Below are positions 27,541 to 38,513 of a stretch of DNA of 63,933 bases, one piece after another; the first letter of the stretch is position 1; every line of letters begins with the position of its first letter. The notes under the pieces were generated by a model. It worked only from the letters and a program-made list of their open reading frames with translations, was not told the origin of the DNA and searched no databases. The DNA is from Albugo candida (Eukaryota). The DNA lies in NCBI GenBank assembly GCA_040437565.1, contig JBDOQK010000013.1, positions 248,068 through 312,000 on the forward strand. The letters run 5' to 3'. Position numbers and translations under genes: made by a program.

Positions 27541-28669
27541 TTTGATCAAAGTATAAGAGGTATCTATAAAGTTATTGTTAAACGACAGTGGTAGAATATC
27601 GGACTACTTGAGGATCTATTGACGGCTCGCTGGTCGTATGTAAGCATTCAATTCTACTACACCCGCTTCTATTGCTTGCAATACATAGACAATGATTCTC
27701 ACCTATTCAGATTCGCAAATGGACGAAAACAGAAAATGGATGAACAGCAGGGTCAAGTATCATTCCAAAAACAATGCGGTGTCAGTAGTCAAGCAGAAAC
27801 AACTTCTCCGACCATATATGTTGTCCCGCAATAGGCATACCAATGCGTTGTTGTGAACTGACTTTTGTGGATCGGAGGTTTTTTGACGGAGTGCAATAGC
27901 GACCGTGAGGGTGAGTAGCTACCACAAACTCGATCAATGAGACCATTTAGATATCTGTGATCTTTGTTTGCTACACAATGCACGCCAGTGCTATCGGAGA
28001 AGGTGTCTTCAAAAGGGGAAGGCTATTTTTTATTCAGGCGGGGGGGGTAGTGCAGTTCAGGAAAGGGTCCTATGATGTATCGATTTACCATTCCCATGAT
28101 TTGATCGATTGATTCGCTAAGAAGAAAAGAAGGGCAGGCAAGCAGCAAAGTTCACAAGTATCATGCTGTTATAAATATACTGAATATAGACGGAAAATCA
28201 ACCGCAGGTACAGATCAATACGATATCCGAGATGTGTCAAGCTCCCGGCCATCTATTTCAAGTAGCAATTTTCAGAAGCCATTTGTGAAAGCTGTCTCGC
28301 CTATAAGGACATCATCTGACATAACAACTTACTGACTCGATAGCAGCAATCTGCTTCTTCTTTATCGCTGACGGCGATTCTCAATTGTAAGTGACAAAAA
28401 AATAATAATGTTGCACATTCTTTGCTGGATCATGAAAGACACTATCAAAATGATGAGATACTGCACTATATATGTCATGGCAGACTTGGGCGTTGCTGCA
28501 TTTGCATGTAGTAGTGGCTTCTCAGTGAGAAAGATCATCCCTCTTATATTGCTTACTAGACTTTACTTCCAAAATCTTTGTGTTTTTACAATGACTATGG
28601 GAAACTATGGGTGAGGTGCGAGCAGTGCCGAGAATGGAGAGCAGTAACCAAAAGTTGAAAACCATATTC

Positions 28670-30601
28670 CTATTTAAGGTTGGATAGACCAATTTTATAT
28701 GACCCATCTTTGCTGCTACCGGTGCCACTTCCATGACCTTTACACCACGAGATCTTTTCAAAGTACTTTTTTGCAAGCTCCAATTCGATTTCATGTGTGT
28801 CTTTTTTGTTCACCTTACTGTCGAGGCTGAACACATCGGAAAGCACGTCATTTGACGTCAGCAGAATATTCAAACCCTGAGTGCAGGGTAGCGGCTGCGG
28901 AATGGCTTCCATGATTAAATCAGAGCAAATTCCATTTGGCAATTCGGTTCTATCCCATTCTCTTTGTAACACACTCAACAGCTTTTGTAGAGTTTCTGGG
29001 AAGATAAAGCCTGTAAGCTCTACCCCAAACTCGTCACGGCTGCTCTGTAATAAGGATTCGCTTGACAGCTCGACATTTGGCTGCTTCTGATGAGCAATTC
29101 GGCCGAGATTTTTGACACGAAGAGTTTGCAATGTGGCATATAGGAAGGGAAATTGCGAGTAGATAGTCGGTAAATCCCTTTTCGATAATGCTTTTTGGAA
29201 AAGTGAATTAGCATGTAAAGTCAAATGTTTGCGCGCGGCTTACCTTTTTGATTGAGAAGATACTCATACAGTCCATGAATTTGCAAGTGACCTTCGAACA
29301 CCAGCGCGGTGTCAGAAACCCTCATCGGAGGATCGCTCGATATTGGTTGACACTGAATCTCGGAGGACCTGCAAAATGGCATCCTGAAAGATACGTTTGC
29401 TTCTGTGAGATCTTTTCGAAGTCTTGCGTTTGACTGGGTAACCACGGCACGAAACTTGTACTTGTTCTTTCCCTGTTCCTGGTGAATGTTGGAGTTTTCA
29501 CTGCAATAACGCTGCCGATAAACCTCTACAAATGACTTTTGGAAAGAACTAAATTTCGCAGCGTCGCTGCCTTCACATTTGGGAGATTCACCATAGAAAC
29601 AAACTGTATACTCAGTTGTGTGGACGTAAAAATACGATCTTAGCTGTAATGTTGGTGAGGTTTTGGCTTTTAGCCGATAATTGTGGTAGGCAGCTCTCAA
29701 TGCATCTTGCCATTGCTGTAAATAGTACTTGTAAAAGTCCGATTCATTGTTGTCTTCTTCACAAGCAATTCGTGATTTTGACATGAATCCATTCTTCAGA
29801 ACGCTGGATGATCTGCACGGTGCTGTCTCACTCGGATACATGTAATACAGCATAGCATGGTACCAGGACCTTTCTGGTGGTAAATCAGCAGATTCTGTTT
29901 CCTTATTATTGCTCAGGAAACACTTGGTGGCCTCGAATTGAACAGATGCTCTATACGTAAGAAAATAGAAACAAATTGAAAGGACAAAGAAATGCGGCTG
30001 ACCAACTTTGGACGAAGGAATGGTATCGAAGCTGGAGTAATCAAAATTACTTTCGCATACGGTGTCAATTCAAAGGGAATGCTCTGGTTCGACTAATTGG
30101 CAAGAGCCCTGAGAGCAGTATGATAAGTGTACTTTTAAGCATCATACTTCCAGAGATTTAGGCATATCGATAGAGCGTCGTTTATTTTTCAATAATCGTG
30201 ATGTTCTAGTTTTTGATGTGTCGGAGTGTTTGACGAACCAATCCCTTATCCTACTCCGCGGTATATCCTGTCCTTCGCTCGCTTTGATCTTTTCTTCACA
30301 ACCCCCACTCTCAATGTCAAGTTTTGCCGAAATCTGATCTCTCCTTTTTCCATTTGTACAATTCCTTCCATCGCTACCATTCTAAAATGTAAGCATTAAA
30401 CAAGCACTAAAACTTGTCTTCAGGTCCTTCAAACGCGCACCTTCGCTTCACTTTGCTTATCTTTCTTGCGACGTCTCTATAAAGTCAAATACATTCATCA
30501 CTTATTCCTTTCTTCTTGCCAAAATGTTCAAAGGCAAGACCTTCAATTCCATCGGTAGAATTCGCTCCGTCATGTTTCTTGACAGCCGTCTCAAGTGACA
30601 T
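28670..30601 (-). CDS. DONSON: Downstream neighbor of SON (replisome factor), multi-exon; 5' exons approximate
   Basis: QQWQDALRAAY..SYFYVHTTEYTVCFYG, AVVTQSNARLRKDLTEANVSFRMP, ALVFEGHLQIHGLYEYLLN, LPTIYSQFPFLYAT, VELTGFIFP resemble conserved DONSON blocks. Confidence 0.8.
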
Positions 30602-31759
30602 GAACAAATCAAGTTGCTGATTGGGTGAAATGAAGTGGAATCTCGTAGCGTGGCATTCGACACTGGTGTTTCCATTCTTTACAGACTTTTGTTGAAAAGC
30701 GTAGTGTCAGGCAACTGTCTTTCACGTGACTCAAGTATGCATTCACCTTATAAACTTGTCAATGATCTCTCCCATCCAAGCATATAGAAAGGAATTCTAA
30801 TGCTTGAATAGCCAGCTTTTCTACTAATCATGCGTTCTAATAGAAAGTCACTTTGTCGCTTGTGTCAAAGCACGCATAATCGCAAACCATGTTCGTTTGG
30901 ACGGCCAGCTACTCAGTAAACTTAGCAATCTGATGCCGTGTCATGCATGCAAAAGTCGATCGGTGGAGAGTAATTTTCAACCAACGCACATTCGAATATA
31001 TCTGCTGCCACTAACACGACATCTAAGCTTGAGCGCCACCATTCACTGCACAATATAGTTGACTCTATCATCAAGACAGCATCTCACGAAAAGAGACACT
31101 GCATAGAGACATCTTGCCATCGCACTGCGTATATAAACATAATCAGCTAGAGTTTGCCTCTTAAGATCTTACATAGTTGTGCAGCTTCGATACGCACTAT
31201 AAACACTGATTGTCTAAATCGATCAGTTTTCACCCTTTAAAATGATTCGTTTTTGTCTCGTGGTGTGGACGATTGAAGTTCCGACATACTTCAAGCAGAA
31301 CATCTGTCTAAGNNNNNNNNNNNNNNNNNNNNNNNNNNNNNNNNNNNNNNNNNNNNNNNNNNNNNNNNNNNNNNNNNNNNNNNNNNNNNNNNNNNNNNNN
31401 NNNNNNNNNNNNGTTTGGACGGCCAGCTACTCAGTAAACTTAGCAATCTGATGCCGTGTCATGCATGCAAAAGTCGATCGGTGGAGAGTAATTTTCAACC
31501 AACGCACATTCGAATATATCTGCTGCCACTAACACGACATCTAAGCTTGAGCGCCACCATTCACTGCACAATATAGTTGACTCTATCATCAAGACAGCAT
31601 CTCACGAAAAGAGACACTGCATAGAGACATCTTGCCATCGCACTGCGTATATAAACATAATCAGCTAGAGTTTGCCTCTTAAGATCTTACATAGTTGTGC
31701 AGCTTCGATACGCACTATAAACACTGATTGTCTAAATCGATCAGTTTTCACCCTTTAAA

Positions 31760-33482
31760 ATGATTCGTTTTTGTCTCGTGGTGTGGACGATTGAAGTTCC
31801 GACATACTTCAAGCAGAACATCTGTCTAAGTACGTCGAAGTCATCGAAATGCTTAGCTGGATCAAGAGATCAAAATCAATTCCAAAACAGCTTATTTTGC
31901 AACGTACAATTTTACATTCACAGCTCGTCACTAGTATAGGTGCATCGATCAGCGTGTGCTCGAAATCTGCCCTGTTTGACCTTTGGACGCGTAGCCTTTT
32001 TTCCAGGAACAAATATACCGTATGCTTCGACTTTGCAGTTCAACAATCCTGCAGAAGATGCTGTCCTCCCCTGTTATCGACGTAACGCTACTACTAGACG
32101 AAAACGGCTCGCTGATACTCCTTTTTAGTTCTTAATGTTGATGGAGAAATGGTTGATAGTATGTCGAAGCCAGCCATGAAGCAGAGTGCGATTTTACAAT
32201 CGTATCAAAAAATGATTTGCATGAAAGTACGCGCATAACAAATTTGATCTCTGCTTAATTAAAAATTTAACTCTACAGATAATGGACAGCATTTTATATG
32301 ATGCGCAACGACAGGGCCGAATATCTTTTTATATGACATCTTACGGAGAAGAAGCCGTCAGTTTTGGAACAGCAGCTGCTTTGGATGCCAAGGATATGGT
32401 ATTTGCTCAGTATCGGGAACCTGGCGTCTTGATGTGGCGTGGTTTTCAGTATCAAGATTTTGCTGATCAATGCTTTGGGAATATCGACGGTCATGGAAAA
32501 GGACGCCAGATGNNNNNNNNNNNNNNNNNNNNNNNNNNNNNNNNNNNNNNNNNNNNNNNNNNNNNNNNNNNNNNNNNNNNNNNNNNNNNNNNNNNNNNNN
32601 NNNNNNNNNNNNCAGTATCAAGATTTTGCTGATCAATGCTTTGGGAATATCGACGGTCATGGAAAAGGACGCCAGATGCCTGTGCATTATGGATCGAAAG
32701 CACTAAACTATCATACCATATCATCTCCATTAGCTACTCAAATCCCACATGCCGTCGGAGCAGCGTATGCATTCAAACTAAGTAAAGAAAAAAGAATAGC
32801 TGTTTGCTATCTAGGCGAAGGCGCAGCGAGTGAGGGTGACTTCCATGCTGGTCTCAATGCTGCAGCTACTAGGGATTGTCCAGTACTATTTGTCGTGCGA
32901 AACAACGGGTATGCAATTAGCACACCACGGAAAGACCAGTATCGGGGTGATGGTATTGCACCAAGAGGAATTGGCTACGGAATATCATTTACACGTGTAG
33001 ATGGAAACGATCTTTTGGCAGTTTATGAAGCAACAAAAAGAGCACGAGAGTTTAGCCTACAAAACAACAAACCAGTGATTTTAGAGCTAATGTGTTATCG
33101 TACTGGTCATCACTCAACATCAGACGATTCGACGCGATATCGACCGGTGGATGAGATATCGGACTTCAAAGAATGTTTTGACCCGCTCCTTCGCGTCAAA
33201 CGATACCTGATCGTGAGTGAACAAGTTCTGATATCATAATTTTGACGTACTTGGTTGTAGAAGCATGAATTGTGGTCAGAAGAACAAGATGTGGTACTTA
33301 AAGATACCGAGCGACTCAATATGTTGAAGGCACTACAAATTGCTGAAAGGAAGCGCAAACCAGGACTGGATACCATGTTCGAAGATATCTACGACAAAAA
33401 GCCGGCTCTGATAGCAGAACAAGAACAAGAAATGTGGGAGCACATTGCCAAATATCCGGAAGAATATACGATAGAAAGCTGA
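31760..33482 (+). CDS. BCKDHA: Branched-chain 2-oxo acid dehydrogenase E1 alpha subunit (mitochondrial); start approximate
   Basis: [44 protein letters not shown] motif [33 protein letters not shown]. Confidence 0.96.
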
Positions 33483-33875
33483 AGCTTGCCGCTAGCTATA
33501 CTATAATTTTTCATACACTTTAATACGCCATCATCCACAATCGACCCCAGAATGCCTCTGGAAAGAACATGATGACCCTGGAAAAGGGAACATTCGCTCA
33601 AGTCGACGAACATATCAGCTGATATTAATTTGACCGTCAAGCAAGCTTTCCATGAAATTCTGACGCATACTCGTAACACAGACCTGAGATCACAAGACAT
33701 TGATAAGGCACATAACAGAGAATTCTTTGCGTATCAGTGCCACACGATGTCAGTATTGGAGAGCGCTATAGTAATGCTACAAGTGTATTAGGAGCTTTCC
33801 TTGCAGCAACATGGCGTCGTTGAAGCGACTCAAATTCATTGGATGAATTCAAAGTGAAGTAGCGCGGACGAAAAA

Positions 33876-35368
33876 ATGAGCAAGAAAATCAATACGGTCC
33901 ATCAACGGAAAAAGAAAAGTCTAGAGAGTAACGGATGCAAAGATTTGGCTTCGAAGAAAGAACATGTGCGTGAATTGGCCAAAGCACGACGTTGGAAGCA
34001 AATCAAGAAAGAATACGGGGATAAAATGGTCGTTCGTGCAAAACATTGTACGAAGATAACTTCTTAAACTTGTATCGAATCTGTGCATGACTGGACCAAA
34101 GATCTAGAAAAGATTATCTCGAAGCAAACACCTGCGTATTTGGCAATGAAGATCTTGGAACAGAATGGGTACGGGGCTGTCAACGCCTCCAAAGCATCCG
34201 TAGACATCGAGAAATCTGCAAACAACATGATATCAAAGGTTTTGACGGATAAAAGCGATGCTGTTGGATACGTAGAAGTACATCTATTGCATTCTTTTGG
34301 TAGGATTTATGTTAAACGCACTTGGCATTTCTAGGCAACAGCGGAGAAGAGTGTAACAATGTCAGAGTCAAAATTGACCAAAGAACAAATTGACCAAATT
34401 GAAGAAAAACGAAAAGAAGCGTTAGCGAGACGGAAAAAGTTGGCAGAACAATCGAAAGTACGCAAAAGTTTCATTGACACAGATCTCATCGCATTAAATG
34501 TTTGTGTGAGCATTTTTGGCAAAAGTCCGTACCTGCGAATATCTCCTCAGAGACACCTAAAAAAACACCAATTGTCAATACGATCTGTATGTGGGATATG
34601 CCTTGCTAAGATGACGATACAAATGGAATTTGATGTGATCAGCTCTTGAGCAAGATATACAAGCAGCGACTGAGATCTTTCAAAGCGACATCTCCGATCA
34701 TTCAGGTGATCTGATTTGCAGGAACATTCTATCATAGTTCATCAACTGGCAATGCATGCTCATCAGACTTTCTTTCATCCGTCCCGACAATCGATAATAC
34801 AAGTCAAATCCAAGGGAAAAAGCCTGAAGTATCAGCAACCACTGAGACTCATTCAGCAGTATCGATTTCTCAGGAGATCCAGGCAGCAGCAGCCATTATC
34901 GAATGGGAAGAGCAAAACGAGCAGAACCATCGAAACAGTATACAAAAAGTATGAAAAGTGTGATTACTGATACTATCATCCGCAGCGTGTTATGGGTCTT
35001 CTATGGATATTGTTCCGATCAGTGGCGATGAGGCAGATTCGCTCCTGGCTGATCCTTCGAATAGGGTGTGTTCAGATATCAAAGCAAAACAAGGTTTGCG
35101 AGTCGATTCTTCTGAAGGCGTCAACTGCATCATGTTGTAGTGCCGATAGCGCCAAAGACACAAGTTGTTGCACCTACCACGCATACAATTCCCATGAGTA
35201 GCCAAGAATATTCGCAACACAACTTTCTATGCATGTAAGCTTCGTGGTATTACCACCTTCTAATCTACTGTCTTGGCTCCATGAACAACAACCTATAGCA
35301 CCAAGCATCTTTTACAGATGAAAGTGGATGATCGCGTTGCGGACTATGTCTCGAGCATGTTGTCATGA
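33876..35368 (+). CDS. Multi-exon unknown protein with an RPA32C-binding-like helix; 3' exons uncertain
   Basis: Chain of short open frames separated by GT-AG introns; Lys-rich N-terminus; LTKEQIDQIEEKRKEALARRKK. Confidence 0.55.
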
Positions 35369-35418
35369 AGAAGACCAAGTGTAAGCGCTTTGGTGCGCTA
35401 CCGCGAAGAAGCGATCAC

Positions 35419-38178
35419 TCACACGTATTTCCTGCAAACAGGATCCGCAAATGCTAGATGATTTGGCCACAAGATCAGGTCATCTTCGTCACCATAAAAC
35501 GGCAGCATTACACCACCGCTATCGAAACTTTTCGAAGGATTATATTCTGCATTTTTGTATTCGTCAGCCATCGCAAGCAAATGAGGCCATAATGATCGCG
35601 TTGGTGCTTCACATTCCAATTCTCTCTGTTCCTTTTGTGAATTGTGGAGAAAATTACCAAATAGCCCTGAATATACGTGAACGTATATGGTGCACAGCAT
35701 CCGCTCATTAAACTCGAAAGCCCACGATTGTTGCCTCCATATTTGCCACACAGCATCAAGCCATTGCACGAAAACAGGGGATTGCTCTTCGACTTCCTGT
35801 TGCCCGGGGCACTCTCCCTGAGCGTATCGCCACTGAAAACGATGTCCGAATGAAATCCACTCTTTTTCGATCAACATCAGAAATCCTTTTATAGTGCGGT
35901 AATATGGGTCGAGTAAAAGCTCGATCAATGCACTCATTTGGGCTGTCCGATCCCATCCATCACTACAATGAACTATCACAGACTCTCCACGGCACAAACA
36001 ACCACATATCTCTTGTGTCGCTTTCAAGATGCTTGCCAAATGCATGAGCCAAAACGTGCTCTGTAGTTGGATATTCCATTCGTCATTTTCTCGATCTTGG
36101 CCGGGTTGACAAACATCAGATAAGGAGCGAAATGATGATCGAACAGCATGGATGTTGGCAATGTCACAAAAATGCAGCTCTGCGTTATAGTAGTTACGTG
36201 GGTCTTCAGTTCCTTTGCCTTGGGCAGCGTTTGCTGTTGCAGCCATTTGACTTCGAGCGTCGAAGAAATGAATCTTTCCAACAGAATTCTGTGTTGATGC
36301 AGCTTGGATCGCTCGGACTATCTTTACGTCTGCTTCAGCCACAAAACCACTCAGACCTGCACATGGTTGCGCACAACGAGCAAGTAAAGCTTTGGTGTGT
36401 GGATGTCGCCATACTGTTGCTGGGATACGACCGGCACTTCGATATGCACGTAATTGCTTCAGATCTTCATCCATAAGCGAGTTTGGAATGACGAAAGCAT
36501 CCGGATATGTCGGAAATGTGTCAAAAGACGAATTATCATATAGCCGCATAATGCTCTCCTCGTGTCCCAGCAGCCCAAGACGCAGATACTCTTCATTGGG
36601 TTTGAACAACGGAGTCAAGTTTCCAATTGGTTGGGAAAGCTCATCAATATTGTGTTCCTCTTGGAGTGCTCGATAATGAACTGACGCGAACACATACTTT
36701 GGTACTGAGGCAAAAAGAGCGATAAAGGAGGCCAAAATATCGTGACAGGTACGCTCATCTCGAAAAGCAAGATTAGCTCGAAACAGCGTCTTGCACTCAA
36801 CACTTAACACGTGTGGAGCTGTAGCAAGGTTTTCCAATGAAAGAATCGATGCAACTGGTATTTCTATTGTGTCATTCGCAATTTGTGATGTCCAAATGAG
36901 CCGATAATTTGTATGTAAGAGCATGCCATCAATGCTAAAATGTCTTGCTGTTCCAAGAACCATCTCGCCAACGACATTAGTCACTTGTCCAACTCCACGA
37001 AATGCGCCTTTGACGGTATGAGTTCCAAGTCCAAGCATGCCCATACCCAATCCTTTTGCAAAACCAAAAACACCACCACTGGCACCCCCTTGATACGTCT
37101 GAGTCACCAAACCGGCAGCTCCTTTCAAGAAGCCGTTGCTCACACTTGTCGACGCACGAAATAGACCTCGACCTAATGACCGGGTGGGATGGGAATAATC
37201 TCGGGTAAAGCAATTGGTCGTCTGCAGTTTGTGACCGGCTGCACCCATCGATGAGAAAGATCGTGAGCTAAGTATGTCACTTGGCTTGCTTTCATTCCCG
37301 GTATCGTCGTATAGCTGAAGATTGTCTGATGGAAATGGAATCGCTTCTGAGTCATCATCGACCCCCAAGGTGCTTTGACTCTCTTTATAAAATATGATAT
37401 AAGCTGCCGACTCGACTACCAAAAGAAGACGCTCTCCGGCTACTGCAGTGATACCAGTAGCTATAAATTCAGGAGCATCTTTTGCCAATACTTTCTCGTG
37501 CTCATAATACGACGCGTTTCCGTCCGCTACTCTACCAGAACATTTTCCATTTTCTTCTTCCATTGTACATTTTCCACGATGACTATGATGGTAGATTGAT
37601 GCAAAAGGACTATTTGGTGTATTTCTTCCTGCCGAACCTACTTCGGTCATTGTGAACTCCTCGTAGTCTCCTAAATCAGAGAAACTACTCGAAATCTTGC
37701 GAGTGTGTTGCATCGATCCAACGTGAGAGAGACTTCTAATAACGTCTTCCGTATCAGAATCCTTCAACGAACGAGGAGGGTGAACCTCTATCCCATTAGT
37801 GCCAAGTTTTTCGATTTCAAGATCCAATTTAGAGCGTTGTCCAAAGTCACGAAAATCTCTCTCAACACCTTTGATGTTGCCAAGTTTTGCGTCGACCGCA
37901 TTAATAAGACGTGTTTGATCTTCACGAATTGGCGATACGACTGGTTTGCTTTTCACTCGATCTTCAGACTGATAAAAACTCGAGCAGCTGATGTCGGACG
38001 GAATGTCCAATTTAAACGGATCTCCTCGTCCAGATCTCGACGGTTGAGATTGCGAAGAAGACACACTGATATTTTTCACATCGTCTGTGAATTCAGAGCC
38101 CTGTAATAATTGTTCTTGACCAAATTTGTCCATCGGATGACTAACAACAACCATTGGACCCCCAGCAGGACTTTCCAT
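35419..38178 (-). CDS. Myotubularin-family PI3P/PI(3,5)P2 phosphatase, catalytically intact
   Basis: 919-aa ORF; TYPDAFVIP, RSAGRIP, ANIHAVRSSF, catalytic VHCSDGWDRT, IEKEWISFGHRF, SPVFVQWLDAVWQ. Confidence 0.96.
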   Translation of the reverse strand: MESPAGGPMVVVSHPMDKFGQEQLLQGSEFTDDVKNISVSSSQSQPSRSGRGDPFKLDIPSDISCSSFYQSEDRVKSKPVVSPIREDQTRLINAVDAKLGNIKGVERDFRDFGQRSKLDLEIEKLGTNGIEVHPPRSLKDSDTEDVIRSLSHVGSMQHTRKISSSFSDLGDYEEFTMTEVGSAGRNTPNSPFASIYHHSHRGKCTMEEENGKCSGRVADGNASYYEHEKVLAKDAPEFIATGITAVAGERLLLVVESAAYIIFYKESQSTLGVDDDSEAIPFPSDNLQLYDDTGNESKPSDILSSRSFSSMGAAGHKLQTTNCFTRDYSHPTRSLGRGLFRASTSVSNGFLKGAAGLVTQTYQGGASGGVFGFAKGLGMGMLGLGTHTVKGAFRGVGQVTNVVGEMVLGTARHFSIDGMLLHTNYRLIWTSQIANDTIEIPVASILSLENLATAPHVLSVECKTLFRANLAFRDERTCHDILASFIALFASVPKYVFASVHYRALQEEHNIDELSQPIGNLTPLFKPNEEYLRLGLLGHEESIMRLYDNSSFDTFPTYPDAFVIPNSLMDEDLKQLRAYRSAGRIPATVWRHPHTKALLARCAQPCAGLSGFVAEADVKIVRAIQAASTQNSVGKIHFFDARSQMAATANAAQGKGTEDPRNYYNAELHFCDIANIHAVRSSFRSLSDVCQPGQDRENDEWNIQLQSTFWLMHLASILKATQEICGCLCRGESVIVHCSDGWDRTAQMSALIELLLDPYYRTIKGFLMLIEKEWISFGHRFQWRYAQGECPGQQEVEEQSPVFVQWLDAVWQIWRQQSWAFEFNERMLCTIYVHVYSGLFGNFLHNSQKEQRELECEAPTRSLWPHLLAMADEYKNAEYNPSKSFDSGGVMLPFYGDEDDLILWPNHLAFADPVCRKYV

Positions 38179-38513
38179 TCAGATTGTAATTCCCAATGAA
38201 AATAGAGACTTTTGTCGAATTTCAGTCGAATTGATACAACGTATGATGAGTAGAGAAGGATTTTCTCGACTGTAAGTAGGTGGATGTAAGGGTACACGTA
38301 TAGGTGAGCACCTGTTTGGTAGTTCCCCCAAGAAGTATTACAATGTCTCGAGGTGGTGGTTATGACTTTGCACTTAATTACGGAAGTNNNNNNNNNNNNN
38401 NNNNNNNNNNNNNNNNNNNNNNNNNNNNNNNNNNNNNNNNNNNNNNNNNNNNNNNNNNNNNNNNNNNNNNNNNNNNNNNNNNNNNNNCTAGGACACCCCA
38501 TCCAGTTTGTGTT

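Noticed and set aside
30895-32677. Repeats upstream of and inside BCKDHA (similar cases at 51112-51590 and 60762-61127)
   Set aside because: Gap-overlap artefacts
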